A stretch of DNA of 64,000 nt from Mycobacteriales bacterium (lineage in GTDB: Bacteria; Actinomycetota; Actinomycetes; Mycobacteriales; SCTD01), in assembly GCA_030697205.1 (NCBI GenBank), contig JAUYQP010000059.1, positions 13,127 through 77,126 of the forward strand, in the 5' to 3' direction. Positions 22,021 to 32,635 of this stretch are shown here, piece by piece; positions within the stretch are counted from its first letter, which is position 1, and each line of letters opens with the position of its first letter. Position numbers and translations under genes: made by a program. A model generated the notes under the pieces. The model saw only the letters and a program-made list of their open reading frames with translations, did not search any database and was not told the DNA's origin.

Positions 22021-23205
22021 GCTGGTCCGGCCGAGCGTGAGCGCGATCCGCGTCACCTGAGCGTCACGTGGCTGTGACAGGTCGAGCCCCAGCAGGTCGG
22101 TCACCTTCTTCAGCCTGTAGCGCACGGTGTTGGGGTGCAGGAAGAGCGCCCGGGCGGTCCCCTCCACTGATCCGCCGGCGTCAAGGTAGGCCGCGGCGGT
22201 GTCGAGCAGGTCTCCCCCGGCAGACGCGAGTGTGTTGTAGGTCTCCTCCAGCAGGCGGCGTCGGGCGTCCGGGTCGCCGAGGACCACCCGCTCGGCCAGC
22301 AGGTCCTGGGTCGGCACCGGCCGCGGGGCTCCCGGCCATGCCGCGACGGCGTCGAGCCCGGCGAGCGCCTCGCGCACCGAGCCGGCCGCGGCGACCAGGT
22401 CGTCGACCACCGGCCCGGTCACGACGGGCCCGCTACCGAAGGCGGCCACCACCTGCGTCACGGCCGCGGCGGCACCACCCGCGCCGCCCACGACGACGAG
22501 CAGCCGACCGCCGTGGTCCCCGACGAGCAGCGACAGGGCGGTGTGTCGGGCCGCGGTCCGCAGCTCGGCCACCGCGGAGTCCGCGGCCGAGACAGGGGCG
22601 TCCCCCGCGACGGCCAACACCCACCCCGGCCGCCCCCAGCCGAGCGAGGCGGCCCGCGACTGGACGGCCTCCCCCACGTCACCGCGGGCGAGGGCCTCGA
22701 CGACGCTCGCTTCCAGCCGCGCGTCCCAGGCGCCGCGCTCCTCGGCGGCAGCGGCGTAGACCTCGGCGGCGGCGAAGGCGACCTCGCGGGAGTAGCGCAG
22801 GACGGCGCGCTCGAGCAGCGCCGCCTCGCCGGGCCCGGGGCCGGCCAGGGTCGGCACCGCCTCCTCGAGCACCTCGACGGTGGCCCGGATGAGCTGCACG
22901 GTCTGCTGCAGCGTCACGGCCCGGGCCATCTCGCGCGGAGCGGCCGCGAAGATGGCCACGTCGGCGGTCGGGGGGCCCGAGGTGTCGCGGAACCAGCCGG
23001 CGAAGCTCGCGAGACCGCTCTGCACCACCAGACCGACCCAGGAGCGCTGCTCGGCTGACAGCGCCGCGAACCACGGCAGCGCCTCCATCCGGCGCACGGC
23101 GGCCGTGGACAGCCGCGGTGAGGCCCGGCGGACCCGCTGCCAGGTCGCCTGCTGGGCGCCACCGCCACGTGGTGCGGCAGGACACATGGCGGCAGTCTGG
23201 CCCAC
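22012..23205 (-). CDS. PucR-type transcriptional regulator of fatty-acid synthesis (FasR/MabR family)
   Basis: C-terminal PucR HTH LFLHPNTVRYRLKKVTDLLGLDL. N-terminal ALSAEQRSWVGLVVQSGL resembles FasR/MabR. The gene sits immediately upstream of fabD-fabH-acpP-fabF. Start is 23205 or 23187. Confidence 0.85.
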   Translation of the reverse strand: MGQTAAMCPAAPRGGGAQQATWQRVRRASPRLSTAAVRRMEALPWFAALSAEQRSWVGLVVQSGLASFAGWFRDTSGPPTADVAIFAAAPREMARAVTLQQTVQLIRATVEVLEEAVPTLAGPGPGEAALLERAVLRYSREVAFAAAEVYAAAAEERGAWDARLEASVVEALARGDVGEAVQSRAASLGWGRPGWVLAVAGDAPVSAADSAVAELRTAARHTALSLLVGDHGGRLLVVVGGAGGAAAAVTQVVAAFGSGPVVTGPVVDDLVAAAGSVREALAGLDAVAAWPGAPRPVPTQDLLAERVVLGDPDARRRLLEETYNTLASAGGDLLDTAAAYLDAGGSVEGTARALFLHPNTVRYRLKKVTDLLGLDLSQPRDAQVTRIALTLGRTSSL

Positions 23206-23222
23206 GGCCCTACCGTGAGGGC

Positions 23223-24290
23223 ATGAGCGACGTGCGGATGCGACCGGCCCTCGGCGAGATCGCCGCCTACAAGCCCGGCAAGCGGCCTGCCGCCGGCCAG
23301 GTGGCGGCGCGGCTGGCGAGCAACGAGACCCCCTTCCCGCCGCTGCCCTCGGTGGCCGCGGCCGTCGCGGCCGCCGCCGCCGACGCGCACCGCTACCCCG
23401 ACCCGCTCGCGACGGCGCTGGTCGAGGCCCTCGCCGGCCACTACGCCGTCACGCCCGACCAGGTCTCGGTCGGCTGCGGGTCGGTGGCGCTCGTCCAGCA
23501 GCTGCTCGACGTCACCGTCGACCAGGGCGACGAGGTCGTCTACGGCTGGCGCTCCTTCGAGGCCTACCCCGTCCTCACCCGCCTCGCCGGCGGCGTGGGC
23601 GTGCAGGTCCCGCTCGTCGACAGCCACCTCGACCTCGACGCCATGCGCGACGCGGTCACCGACCGGACCCGCCTGGTGCTGCTCTGCTCCCCCAACAACC
23701 CGACCGGCCCGGCGCTGCGCCGCGACGACGTCGTGCGCTTCCTGGCCGACGTGCCCGAGCACGTGCTCGTCGTCTGCGACGAGGCCTACTACGAGTTCGT
23801 GACCGACCCCGATGCCGTCGACGGGGTGCCGCTGCTCGGCGCCCACCCCAACCTCGCGGTGCTGCGGACCTTCTCCAAGGCCTACGGCCTGGCGGGCCTG
23901 CGGGCCGGCTACTGCCTGGCGTCGGAGGAGGTCACCGCGGCGATGCGCAAGGTCACGCTGCCCTTCTCGGTCAACAGCGTCGCGCAGGCCGCCGCCATCG
24001 CCTCGCTCGCCGCGGCCGACGAGCTCGCCAGCCGGGTCGCGACCGTCGTCGCGGAGCGCGAGGCGGTCAGACCGGCCCTGCGGGACATGGGCTTCGTCGT
24101 ACCCCCGTCGCAGGGCAACTTCGTCTGGCTGGAGCTGGGCGAGCTCGCCGCGCCGGTCGCGGAGGTCCTCGAGGAGCAGGGCGTGCTGGCCCGCACCTTC
24201 GCCGGCGACGGCATCCGGGTCACCGTGACCGAGCCCGGCGAGACCGGGCGGCTGCTCGCCGCCGCCGAGAAGGCCGCCACCCTGCTCTGA
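23223..24290 (+). CDS. histidinol-phosphate/aromatic aminotransferase (class I/II)
   Basis: Sequences [17 protein letters not shown]-like CSPNNPTG, and the PLP Lys context [16 protein letters not shown] are present. Confidence 0.88.
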   Translation: MSDVRMRPALGEIAAYKPGKRPAAGQVAARLASNETPFPPLPSVAAAVAAAAADAHRYPDPLATALVEALAGHYAVTPDQVSVGCGSVALVQQLLDVTVDQGDEVVYGWRSFEAYPVLTRLAGGVGVQVPLVDSHLDLDAMRDAVTDRTRLVLLCSPNNPTGPALRRDDVVRFLADVPEHVLVVCDEAYYEFVTDPDAVDGVPLLGAHPNLAVLRTFSKAYGLAGLRAGYCLASEEVTAAMRKVTLPFSVNSVAQAAAIASLAAADELASRVATVVAEREAVRPALRDMGFVVPPSQGNFVWLELGELAAPVAEVLEEQGVLARTFAGDGIRVTVTEPGETGRLLAAAEKAATLL

Positions 24291-24319
24291 GCTGCGTGCG
24301 GTGCGGCAGGATGCACCGC

Positions 24320-25066
24320 ATGGACAAGGTCTTCGGCAGTGCCGCCGAGGCCGTGGCCGACATCGCGAGCGGATCGTCGCTCGCGGTAGGTGGCTTCGGG
24401 CTGTGCGGCATCCCCACGGCGCTCATCGAGGCGCTGCTCGCGACCGGGGTCACCGACCTCGAGACGGTGAGCAACAACTGCGGCGTCGACGAGTGGGGCC
24501 TCGGCATGCTGCTCGCGGCCAAGCGGATCCGGCGCACCACCGGCAGCTACGTCGGGGAGAACAAGGAGTTCGAGCGGCAGTTCCTGTCCGGCGAGCTCGA
24601 GGTCGAGCTGGTGCCGCAGGGCACCCTCGCCGAGCGGCTGCGCGCCGGCGGCGCGGGCATCCCCGCCTTCTTCACCCCCGCCGGGGTCGGCACGCAGGTC
24701 GCCGAGGGCGGCCTGCCCTGGAGGTACGACGGGAACGGCGGCGTCGCGCTGGCCAGCCCTCCGAAGGAGGTGCGCGAGTTCGACGGCCGCGACTACGTCC
24801 TCGAGCGGGCGATCCGCACCGACTTCGCCCTCGTGCACGCCTGGAAGGGCGACCGGCACGGCAACCTCGTCTACCGGATGAGCGCGCAGAACTTCAACCC
24901 GCTGTGCGCGGCGGCCGGCCGCGTCACGATCGCGGACGTCGAGGAGCTCGTCGAGCCCGGCGAGATCGACCCGGCCGAGGTGCACACCCCGGGCATCCTC
25001 GTGCAGCGCGTCGTGCACGCCCCGGGTGTCGAGAAGCGGATCGAGAAGAGGACAGTCGCGCGATGA
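24320..25066 (+). CDS. scoA: 3-oxoacid CoA-transferase subunit A
   Basis: [32 protein letters not shown] and the rest of the sequence are typical of CoA transferase subunit A. Confidence 0.92.
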   Translation: MDKVFGSAAEAVADIASGSSLAVGGFGLCGIPTALIEALLATGVTDLETVSNNCGVDEWGLGMLLAAKRIRRTTGSYVGENKEFERQFLSGELEVELVPQGTLAERLRAGGAGIPAFFTPAGVGTQVAEGGLPWRYDGNGGVALASPPKEVREFDGRDYVLERAIRTDFALVHAWKGDRHGNLVYRMSAQNFNPLCAAAGRVTIADVEELVEPGEIDPAEVHTPGILVQRVVHAPGVEKRIEKRTVAR

Positions 25067-25701
25067 CACTCACCCGTGACGAGCTCGCCGCCCGGGTGGC
25101 GAAGGAGCTGACCGACGGCTCCTACGTCAACCTCGGCATCGGGCTGCCCACCCTCGTGCCCAACTTCTTGCCGGCCGGCGTCCACGTCGTGCTGCAGTCC
25201 GAGAACGGCATCCTCGGCGTCGGTGCCTACCCCGCCGAGGCCGACGTCGACGCCGACCTCATCAACGCCGGCAAGGAGACCGTCACGCTCCAGGCCGGGG
25301 CCAGCTTCTTCGACAGCGCCACGTCGTTCTCGATGATCCGCGGCGGGCACGTCGACGTCGCGGTGCTCGGCGCGATGCAGGTCAGCGAGACCGGCGACCT
25401 CGCCAACTGGATGATCCCCGGCAAGATGGTCAAGGGGATGGGCGGCGCGATGGACCTCGTCCACGGCGCCGACCTCGTCATCGTGATGATGGAGCACGCG
25501 GCCAAGGACGGCTCCGCCAAGGTCGTGCGCGAGTGCACCCTCCCCCTGACCGGAAAGCGCTGCGTCCAGAAGGTCATCACCGACCTCGCCGTCCTCGACG
25601 TCACCCCGGACGGCCTGGTCCTCACCGAGCTCGCGCCGGGCGTCACCGTCGACGACGTCCGCGCCGTCACCGAGCCCGAGCTGCGGGTCGCGCTGGCCTA
25701 G
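25063..25701 (+). CDS. scoB: 3-oxoacid CoA-transferase subunit B
   Basis: The ATG start overlaps the scoA stop (ATGA). The active-site Glu region is LQSENGILG. Confidence 0.92.
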   Translation: MTLTRDELAARVAKELTDGSYVNLGIGLPTLVPNFLPAGVHVVLQSENGILGVGAYPAEADVDADLINAGKETVTLQAGASFFDSATSFSMIRGGHVDVAVLGAMQVSETGDLANWMIPGKMVKGMGGAMDLVHGADLVIVMMEHAAKDGSAKVVRECTLPLTGKRCVQKVITDLAVLDVTPDGLVLTELAPGVTVDDVRAVTEPELRVALA

Positions 25702-25822
25702 GGGCAGCCGATGGTCGCGACGGTGACGAAGCGGGTCGGACCGGGAGAATGCGACGGATCCTTTCTGACCATCTCGTGCCGTAGCGCTCGGGTCCGCGTC
25801 GTCCGGCCCCGATGATGCAGGC

Positions 25823-27124
25823 GTGCACACTGAGACCACCACCATCCCCTCTCAGCGAGGTCCGCAACTGACAGCCCAGGTCGCCGACGCGCTCGACGCC
25901 GTCGACGAGGCGCGGCTGGTGTCGCTCCTGCAGGACCTCGTCAGGGTCCCGAGCGTCACCGGCTCCGCGGCCGAGAGCGAGGCCCAGCACCGGCTCGAGG
26001 CGCGGCTGCGGGCGGCCGGGATGCACACCGACCTGTGGCAGGTCGACCTCGCCGAGGTGACCGCGGACCCGGCCTTCCCGGGCTCCGAGGCGCCGCGCGA
26101 CGAGGCCTGGGGCTTGGTGGGCTCCGTCGGTGACGGCGACGGCCCGTCGCTGGTGCTCAACGGCCACATCGACGTCGTGCCGACCGGCGACCGCGCGCAG
26201 TGGCGCGACGACCCGTGGGACCCGGTCGTCCGCGACGGTCGCGTCCACGGCCGCGGCAGCTGCGACATGAAGGCGGGCCTGGCCGCCCAGGTCGCTGCCG
26301 TCGAAGCTCTCCAGTCAGCGGGGGTGCGGCTGCGCGGGAGCCTGCATCTGCAGAGCGTGGTCGGCGAGGAGGACGGCGGCCTGGGCACCTTCGCGACGCT
26401 GCGCCGCGGCCACACCGGCGACCTCGCGGTCGTGTGCGAGCCGACTTCCGGCGCGATCATCCCGGCCTGCGCCGGTGCGCTGACCTTCCGCCTCACCGTG
26501 CCGGGCCGGTCGGTGCACGCCAGCATGCGGCTCGACGGCGTCGACGCGGTCGAGAAGTACCTCCCCGTCCACCACGCGCTGCGTCGGCTCGAGCAGCGCC
26601 GCAACCGCGACCCGCACCCGCTGATGGCGCGCTTCGCGCTCCCCTACCCGCTGTCGGTCGGGACCGTGCGCGCCGGCGACTGGGCGAGCAGCGTCCCCGA
26701 CCTGCTCGTCGCGGAGGGCCGGCTCGGGGTCGCCCTCGGCGAACCGGTCGGGCACGCCCGCGCTGAGCTCGAGGCCGCCGTCGCCGAGGTCTGCGCCGAC
26801 GACCCGTGGCTCGCGCAGCACCCCGTCGTCGTCGAGTGGCCCGGCGGGCAGTTCGCGCCCGGCCAGCTCGCCGAGGACAATCCGCTGCTCGGCCTTGTCT
26901 CGGGCGCGCACACCGCCCTGCACGGCGACGTGCCTGACGTGCACGGTGCGCCGTACGGCTCTGACCTGCGGCTGCTCACCGCGGGCGGCGTCCCGACCCT
27001 GCACTACGGCCCGGGCAGCATCCGCGACGCGCACTCGCCGCACGAGTCCGTCGCGATCGACGAGCTCGTGCGGGTGACCCGCACCCTGGTGCTGCTGGCG
27101 GCTCGGGTCTGCGGCGTCAGCTGA
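25823..27124 (+). CDS. ArgE/DapE-family M20 deacylase/peptidase
   Basis: LVLNGHIDVVP, GRGSCDMKAG and VVGEEDGGLG metal-ligand motifs are present. Confidence 0.88.
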   Translation: MHTETTTIPSQRGPQLTAQVADALDAVDEARLVSLLQDLVRVPSVTGSAAESEAQHRLEARLRAAGMHTDLWQVDLAEVTADPAFPGSEAPRDEAWGLVGSVGDGDGPSLVLNGHIDVVPTGDRAQWRDDPWDPVVRDGRVHGRGSCDMKAGLAAQVAAVEALQSAGVRLRGSLHLQSVVGEEDGGLGTFATLRRGHTGDLAVVCEPTSGAIIPACAGALTFRLTVPGRSVHASMRLDGVDAVEKYLPVHHALRRLEQRRNRDPHPLMARFALPYPLSVGTVRAGDWASSVPDLLVAEGRLGVALGEPVGHARAELEAAVAEVCADDPWLAQHPVVVEWPGGQFAPGQLAEDNPLLGLVSGAHTALHGDVPDVHGAPYGSDLRLLTAGGVPTLHYGPGSIRDAHSPHESVAIDELVRVTRTLVLLAARVCGVS

Positions 27125-27863
27125 TCGTGACGCCCTGGATCGTGACGGCCTGCTTGGGGGCGCCGTCGCCCTCGGGCTCCGAGCCCGCGGCGGCGATGGC
27201 CTTCAGCACGTCGAGCCCACCGGTGACGGTCGCCCAGGGGGTGTAGCTCGGCGGCAGGTCGGTGTCGTCGTAGACGAGGAAGAACTGGCTGCCCCCGGAG
27301 CCGGGCTGGCCGGTGTTGGCCATCGCGACGGTGCCGGCCTTGTAGGTCGCGCCCTCGAGCGCCTCGTCGGGCAGCGTGAAGCCCGGGCCGCCCGTGCCCT
27401 GGCCGGTCGGGTCGCCGCACTGCAGGACGAAGATGCCCTGGGTGGTGAGGCGGTGGCAGGGCGTGTTGTCGAAGTAGCCCTTGCCGGCGAGGAAGGCGAA
27501 CGACGACGTCGTGCACGGCGCGTTGGCCGCGAGCGTCAGCGTGATCGCACCGGCCGAGGTCTGCAGGACGGCCTTCCTGCCGCCGACGGGCAGCGGTGTG
27601 GCCGGCGGGATTCCGACGTCCTTGCTCGCCTTCTCCCCGGCCGGGTAGCTGCACTGGCCGTTGGCGGGGGCCGTTGCGGGATCGGTCGGCTCGGGGGCGG
27701 GCTCTGAGGCGCCGGGCGCCGGAGCGCCGAGGGCCGCGTCGTCACCACCTGCGGTGGCGAGGGCGACGGCACCTCCGATGACGAGGGCGAAGGCGAGCAC
27801 GACGGCCGCGATGACGTCGTTGCCGGGGCGGGCGCCCGGTCGGGCAGCAGTGGTGTCGGTCAC
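27117..27863 (-). CDS. membrane-anchored/secreted cyclophilin-type peptidyl-prolyl isomerase
   Basis: An N-terminal TM/signal segment is followed by FHRLT-like CHRLTTQGIFVLQCGDPTGQGTGGPGF and MANTGQPGSGGSQFF. Confidence 0.88.
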   Translation of the reverse strand: MTDTTAARPGARPGNDVIAAVVLAFALVIGGAVALATAGGDDAALGAPAPGASEPAPEPTDPATAPANGQCSYPAGEKASKDVGIPPATPLPVGGRKAVLQTSAGAITLTLAANAPCTTSSFAFLAGKGYFDNTPCHRLTTQGIFVLQCGDPTGQGTGGPGFTLPDEALEGATYKAGTVAMANTGQPGSGGSQFFLVYDDTDLPPSYTPWATVTGGLDVLKAIAAAGSEPEGDGAPKQAVTIQGVTIS

Positions 27864-27940
27864 CGGGCGAGCCTACGGGGCATGGATCGCCGTCCGACGT
27901 GGGTAGGGGTCGCACATCCCCCCGAGCCAAGGAGCGCACC

Positions 27941-28108
27941 ATGAGCGAGCAGCCCGGCACCACCCGTCCCGCCGGCGAGGGCGTCAGCGACGACGAGATG
28001 ACCGAGCAGGTCGCCGAGCAGACCAGCAGCGACCTCGCGGTCGAGGAGGCCTTCGAGCGCGAGGCCGACGGCGCGACCACCGACACCGAGGCCGCAGAAG
28101 GCATCTAG
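27941..28108 (+). CDS. 55-aa highly acidic hypothetical protein
   Basis: ATG 27941 follows AAGGAG (27929-27934). Sequence MSEQPGTTRPAGEGVSDDEMTEQVAEQTSSDLAVEEAFEREADG... has high GC3. Confidence 0.5.
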   Translation: MSEQPGTTRPAGEGVSDDEMTEQVAEQTSSDLAVEEAFEREADGATTDTEAAEGI

Positions 28109-28242
28109 AGGGCGAGCACCGCCACGCCGCCGACGGTCAGAGCCGCCACGGCGACGAGCACGAGGCGGAGCCAGAGCGTGAGGTCGATGCCGGTGAGGGC
28201 GTCGAAGGAGCGCAGGTCGTAGAGGTCGTCGAGATCGTCCAT
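28105..28242 (-). CDS. 45-aa tail-anchored membrane peptide (not in ORF track)
   Basis: My own translation: MDDLDDLYDLRSFDALTGIDLTLWLRLVLVAVAALTVGGVAVLAL. GC3 is nearly 100% and there is one C-terminal TM helix. There is no clear Shine-Dalgarno sequence. Confidence 0.4.
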   Translation of the reverse strand: MDDLDDLYDLRSFDALTGIDLTLWLRLVLVAVAALTVGGVAVLAL

Positions 28243-28310
28243 GCGGTCAAGCCTGGACGACGCAGGTCACCGCCAGGTGAACGCAGCGTGCGCCAGGCCC
28301 GTGACGGTCC

Positions 28311-29453
28311 TCACAGCCCGATGCGCTTGCTGATGACCTCGTTCATGATCTCGTCTGTGCCGCCGCCGATGCGCAGGATCCGCGCGTCGCGGTAGTGCCG
28401 CTCGACCTCGCTCTCGCGCATGTAGCCGAGGCCACCGAACAGCTGCACGGCCTCGTCGACGACGTGGTCGCAGGCCGCACAGGCGGTGTTCTTCGCCATC
28501 GACACCTCGGTGACGGCGTCCCCGGTCGTGAGCCAGGCGTCGTACGCCGCCCGCGTCGCGACCCGCGCCGCCCAGGTCTGGCGGGCCATCTCGGCCAGCT
28601 TGTGGCGGACGACCTGGCGCGCGGCCAGCGGCTTGCCGAAGGTGTGCCGGTCCTTCACCCAGGCGAGGGTGAGGTCGAGGCAGCGCTGCGCGGTGGCGAC
28701 GGCTTGCGTCGCGAGGGCGAGCCGCTCGGTCTGGAACTGCATCATGATCTGCAGGAAGCCGGTGCCCTCGGCGCCGACGAGGTTGGCCGTCGGCACCCGG
28801 CAGTCGGAGAAGGACAGCTCGGCGGTGTCGCTGCAGCGCCAGCCCATCTTGTCCAGGGGCCCGCTGACCGTGAAGCCGGGCGTGCCCTTGTCGATGACGA
28901 GCAGCGAGATCCCGGCGTGCCCGTCACCGCCGGTGCGGACCGCGGTCGTGACGAAGTCCGCCCGCACCCCGCTGGTGATGTAGGTCTTGGAACCGTTGAC
29001 GACGTAGGAGTCGCCGTCGCGGACGGCGCGGGTCCGGATGCCCGCGACGTCGGAGCCGCCGTCGGGCTCGGTGACGCCGAGAGCCCCGATGAGCTCGCCG
29101 CGCAGGGTCGGGCGGACGTAGCGCTCGATGAGGTCGGCGTTGCCGCTCTTGGCCATGTGGGGCACCGCGATGCCGTGGGTGAACAGCGATGCGAGCACGC
29201 CGGTCGAGCCGCCCCCGACGACGACCTGCTCGGCGACGATGGCCGCGTCGATGGAGTCGCCGCCCTGTCCGCCGACCGCCTCGTCGAAGCCGATCCCGAG
29301 CAGCCCGGCATCGGCGAAGGTGCGGTGCAGCTCGCGCGGCAGCAGGCCGTCGCGCTCCCACTCGGCCATGTGCGGCGCGACGTGGTCGGCGACGACCTTC
29401 GCGGCGAGGTCGCGCAGCGCGAGCCGCTCGGGCGTCTCCCAGTCGACGCTCAT
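28311..29453 (-). CDS. acyl-CoA dehydrogenase
   Basis: ACAD similarity runs full length (GVTEPDGGSDVAG, FGKPLAARQ, GGLGYMRE, IGGGTDEI). The ATG start overlaps the upstream stop. Confidence 0.92.
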   Translation of the reverse strand: MSVDWETPERLALRDLAAKVVADHVAPHMAEWERDGLLPRELHRTFADAGLLGIGFDEAVGGQGGDSIDAAIVAEQVVVGGGSTGVLASLFTHGIAVPHMAKSGNADLIERYVRPTLRGELIGALGVTEPDGGSDVAGIRTRAVRDGDSYVVNGSKTYITSGVRADFVTTAVRTGGDGHAGISLLVIDKGTPGFTVSGPLDKMGWRCSDTAELSFSDCRVPTANLVGAEGTGFLQIMMQFQTERLALATQAVATAQRCLDLTLAWVKDRHTFGKPLAARQVVRHKLAEMARQTWAARVATRAAYDAWLTTGDAVTEVSMAKNTACAACDHVVDEAVQLFGGLGYMRESEVERHYRDARILRIGGGTDEIMNEVISKRIGL

Positions 29454-30229
29454 GCGCGCTTGTCCCGACCCGGCCCGGGCGGGCCGGCGAAGACCTGCGC
29501 GACGTCGAGCCAGTCGTCGGCGACCGGCCCGGTCACGACCAGGGCCGTGTCCTCGCGGTGCCGCCGCTGCGTGACCAGCAGGCAGAAGTCCAGCGCTGGG
29601 CCGGCGACGACGTCGGTCACGTCGGGGTCACCGAAGCTCCAGGTCCCCCCGTCGGGGGCGGTCAGCTCGACGCGGACGTCACCGGGCGGCACCGGCAGGC
29701 CGCGGTTGGCGTAGGCGAAGCTGCGGGTGCGGAAGCCCAGGTGGGCGATGTGCCGGAGCCGGGCTGTCGGCAACCGCTCCGCGCCGAGCCCGTCGACGAC
29801 GTCCTGGCCGTGCGCCCAGTACTCCATCAGCCGTGCCGTGACGAAGGACGCCGGGCTCATCGGCGGGCCGTACCAGGGCACCTTGGTCGCGGGGTCGAGC
29901 GGCGCGAAGGCGTCGACCATCGCGTCGAAGCCCTGCTGCCACTCGGCGAGGAAGACCTCCGGCGCCGTGCCGCGCCGGCTCGTGACCTGGCCCTGGATGA
30001 AGCCGTCGATGTCGGCGCCGACCGACGGGAGCAGCGCGAGGAAGCCGTCGGGGTCGGTCACGGCGCGGACTGCCTCGACGTCGCTGCCCGCCAGGTGCGC
30101 GAGCGAGTCGCGCACGTCCCAGCCGTCAGCCGGGGTCGGCGCGGACAGGTCCGCGCCGGTGACGACCCTGGCGAGGTCGGCCTGCTCCGCGCGCAGGTCG
30201 TCGAGCAGCGGTCGGTGGTCGGTCGCCAC
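29450..30229 (-). CDS. TIGR03084-like DinB/mycothiol-dependent maleylpyruvate isomerase N-terminal domain protein
   Basis: LLDDLRAEQADLARVV...GWDVRDSLAHLAGSD matches the family N-terminus. GTG 30229 follows AGGAGG. The gene is co-oriented with the ACAD and divergent from the TetR gene. Confidence 0.78.
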   Translation of the reverse strand: MATDHRPLLDDLRAEQADLARVVTGADLSAPTPADGWDVRDSLAHLAGSDVEAVRAVTDPDGFLALLPSVGADIDGFIQGQVTSRRGTAPEVFLAEWQQGFDAMVDAFAPLDPATKVPWYGPPMSPASFVTARLMEYWAHGQDVVDGLGAERLPTARLRHIAHLGFRTRSFAYANRGLPVPPGDVRVELTAPDGGTWSFGDPDVTDVVAGPALDFCLLVTQRRHREDTALVVTGPVADDWLDVAQVFAGPPGPGRDKRA

Positions 30230-30276
30230 GGGACCTCCTGTCGGGGATGTGAACGGTCGCTCACAGCGAGGCTAGT

Positions 30277-30834
30277 GTGCGGGGAGTGAGCACAGTCAGC
30301 CCGGTGAGTCCCCGGCGCGAGCTGCTCCTGAGGGCTGCGGCGGCGCTGTTTGCGCACCGCGGCTACCACGCCGTGGGCATCGACGACATCGGCGCCGCAG
30401 CGGGCATCACCGGACCGGGGGTCTACCGGCACTTCGCCTCGAAGCAGGCCCTCCTCGAGACACTCGTCGACCGCACCATGGACCGGATGCTCGACAGCGC
30501 ACATGGGGCTGATCGGATCTCGGACCTGGTCGACCTGCACGTCGAGCTCGTCGTCGGGGAGCGCGCCCTGGTCGGCGTGTGGGTTCGAGAGCAAGGTGCC
30601 CTCGGCGACCAGGTCAGGCGATCGCTACGGAGGCGGATGCGTCTCTACGAGGGGTTGTGGGGAGCCGCGCTGGCTCCGGAGCGCCCTGAGCTGACGTCAG
30701 CGGAGCTCTCCCTGACAGTGGGAGCCGCTCTGGCGATGCTCAACACCACCTCGCTCATCGAGTCGTCCCTGCCACCCGAGCAGCGCGCTGCTGTCCTGCG
30801 CCGCATCACCCTGGCGGCGCTGCTCCCGGCCTGA
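30277..30834 (+). CDS. TetR-family transcriptional regulator
   Basis: HTH region LFAHRGYHAVGIDDIGAAAGITGPGVYRHFASKQALL. Start is GTG 30277 or 30286. Confidence 0.88.
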   Translation: MRGVSTVSPVSPRRELLLRAAAALFAHRGYHAVGIDDIGAAAGITGPGVYRHFASKQALLETLVDRTMDRMLDSAHGADRISDLVDLHVELVVGERALVGVWVREQGALGDQVRRSLRRRMRLYEGLWGAALAPERPELTSAELSLTVGAALAMLNTTSLIESSLPPEQRAAVLRRITLAALLPA

Positions 30835-32635
30835 TCCGCAGCACGTCGGCGTAGCTGGCGTACAGCTGCTCCACGGGCAGAGCCCGATCGAGCAGGTAGC
30901 CCTGGCCCAGCTCGCAGCCGAGCTCGTGCAAGCGGTCCTGCTGCGCAGCAGTCTCGATGCCCTCCCCGACAGTGGACAGCCCCAGGCTCGTCGCAACGCC
31001 CAGGACAGCCGCCACGATCGCCTCGTCGACCGGGTCCTGCCCGAGCCCGGCCACGAAGCTCTGGTCGACCTTGACCGTCGAGGCGGGGAACAGCTTGAGG
31101 TGGTTCAGCGAGCTGAAACCGGTCCCGAAGTCGTCGATGGCCAGTCGCAGGCCCATGTCGTGGAGCTCCCGCAGGACGCGCGCCACGGAGTCGTCGACGA
31201 GCAGCGCGGACTCGGTCACCTCGAGCTCGAGCTGGTCCGGGCGGATGCCCGAGGAGCTCAAGGTCTCGGCCACCTGCCTGACGAAGCCGGGGACCGAGAG
31301 CTGTCGAGGGCTGATGTTGACCGCGAACCGCGGCGGTGTCCTACCGGGCCAGTTCGCCAGCGTGGAGCAGACCTGCTCCAGGACCCACCAGCCCAGACCA
31401 GCGACCAGGCCGCTCTCCTCGACGCCGTCGATGAACTGGGCAGCCGTGAGCAGGCCGCGGGTGGGGTGCGCCCATCGCACCAACGCCTCTACGGCGACCA
31501 GCTCCCCCGTCGCCAGCGAGACCTCTGGTTGGTAGTGGACCTCGAACTCGTGCTCCACCAGAGCGGTCCGCAACTCGGTGTGCAGCAGGAGCTGCTGCGG
31601 AGGGGCGGTGCGCAGCGAGTCGTTGAAGACCTCGTACCTCGCCTTGCCATGCCGCTTCGCCGCGTAGAGGGCGAGGTCGGCGTTCGCGACGGCCTCCTCC
31701 GTGGAGGTCGACCCCTCCGACGCGCACACGGCGACGCCCAGGCTGACGGAAGGGACATAGACCTTGGTCCCGAGGATGAGCGGCGACGAGACGCGTTCGA
31801 GCAGCCGCGCGGCCAGCTCGCCGGCCTTGACGGGGTCGTGCAGCCCGGGGCAGACGATCGCGAACTCATCGCCCCCGAAGCGGGAGACGGTGTCGGTCGG
31901 GCGGACCACCTCATGCATCCGCGCAGCCACCACCCGGAGCAACTGGTCCCCCGCGTCGTGCCCCAGCGTGTCGTTGACCAGCTTGAGGTTGTCCACATCG
32001 AGGAACATCGTGGTGACAGCCTCCGGTCGGAGGAGGGCGGCCTCGAGCCGCTCGAGCAGCAGCCTGCGGTTGGCCAAGCCGGTGAGGGCGTCGTGCTGCG
32101 CCAGGTGCACGAGCTGCAGCTCGCTGGCCTTGCGCTCGATGGCGTAGCGCACTGAGCGCGCCAGCAGCTGGGGCTCAAGTTCGCGCTTCGGAAGGTAGTC
32201 CTGGGCACCGTGCCGCAGCGCCTCCGAGCTCAGCACGTCGTCGTCACGCCGGGTCAGGACGACGACCGGGATCTCCGGCCCAGCTGCGACGACGAGGCGC
32301 AGACCGTCGAGCCCATCGGCGTCGAGCACCCCCAGGTCCAGCAGGACGCAATCGACGTGGTGCCGCGCCAAGTAGGCCTGCGCCTCCTTGATCCGCTCGA
32401 CCCGCTCCACCAGCCAGTCGACCCCCGCCTCACGGAGCAGCTCGACGACCAGGCGTCCATCGGCAGCGCTGTCCTCCACCATCAGCAGGCTGAGCCTGGT
32501 CCGCACAGCGCCGTGACGGCGGTCCTGCAACAGCTCCGGGCTACGCGTCGGAGAGGGCACGTGCAGACCTGTGTCACCGCCGCGGACGGCGACGAGTACT
32601 GGTCGACGGGGGGTGCCCTGATCGGGGCAGGTCAT
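30806..32635 (-). CDS. response-regulator receiver - GGDEF - EAL protein (c-di-GMP turnover)
   Basis: The REC domain has the acceptor context CVLLDLG. The GGDEF motif is intact (RFGGDEFAIV) and so is the EAL motif (VAVEALVRW, DDFGTG). ATG 32635 overlaps the kinase stop (ATGA). The 3' end overlaps the TetR 3' end by 29 nt. Confidence 0.9.
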   Translation of the reverse strand: MTCPDQGTPRRPVLVAVRGGDTGLHVPSPTRSPELLQDRRHGAVRTRLSLLMVEDSAADGRLVVELLREAGVDWLVERVERIKEAQAYLARHHVDCVLLDLGVLDADGLDGLRLVVAAGPEIPVVVLTRRDDDVLSSEALRHGAQDYLPKRELEPQLLARSVRYAIERKASELQLVHLAQHDALTGLANRRLLLERLEAALLRPEAVTTMFLDVDNLKLVNDTLGHDAGDQLLRVVAARMHEVVRPTDTVSRFGGDEFAIVCPGLHDPVKAGELAARLLERVSSPLILGTKVYVPSVSLGVAVCASEGSTSTEEAVANADLALYAAKRHGKARYEVFNDSLRTAPPQQLLLHTELRTALVEHEFEVHYQPEVSLATGELVAVEALVRWAHPTRGLLTAAQFIDGVEESGLVAGLGWWVLEQVCSTLANWPGRTPPRFAVNISPRQLSVPGFVRQVAETLSSSGIRPDQLELEVTESALLVDDSVARVLRELHDMGLRLAIDDFGTGFSSLNHLKLFPASTVKVDQSFVAGLGQDPVDEAIVAAVLGVATSLGLSTVGEGIETAAQQDRLHELGCELGQGYLLDRALPVEQLYASYADVLRIRPGAAPPG

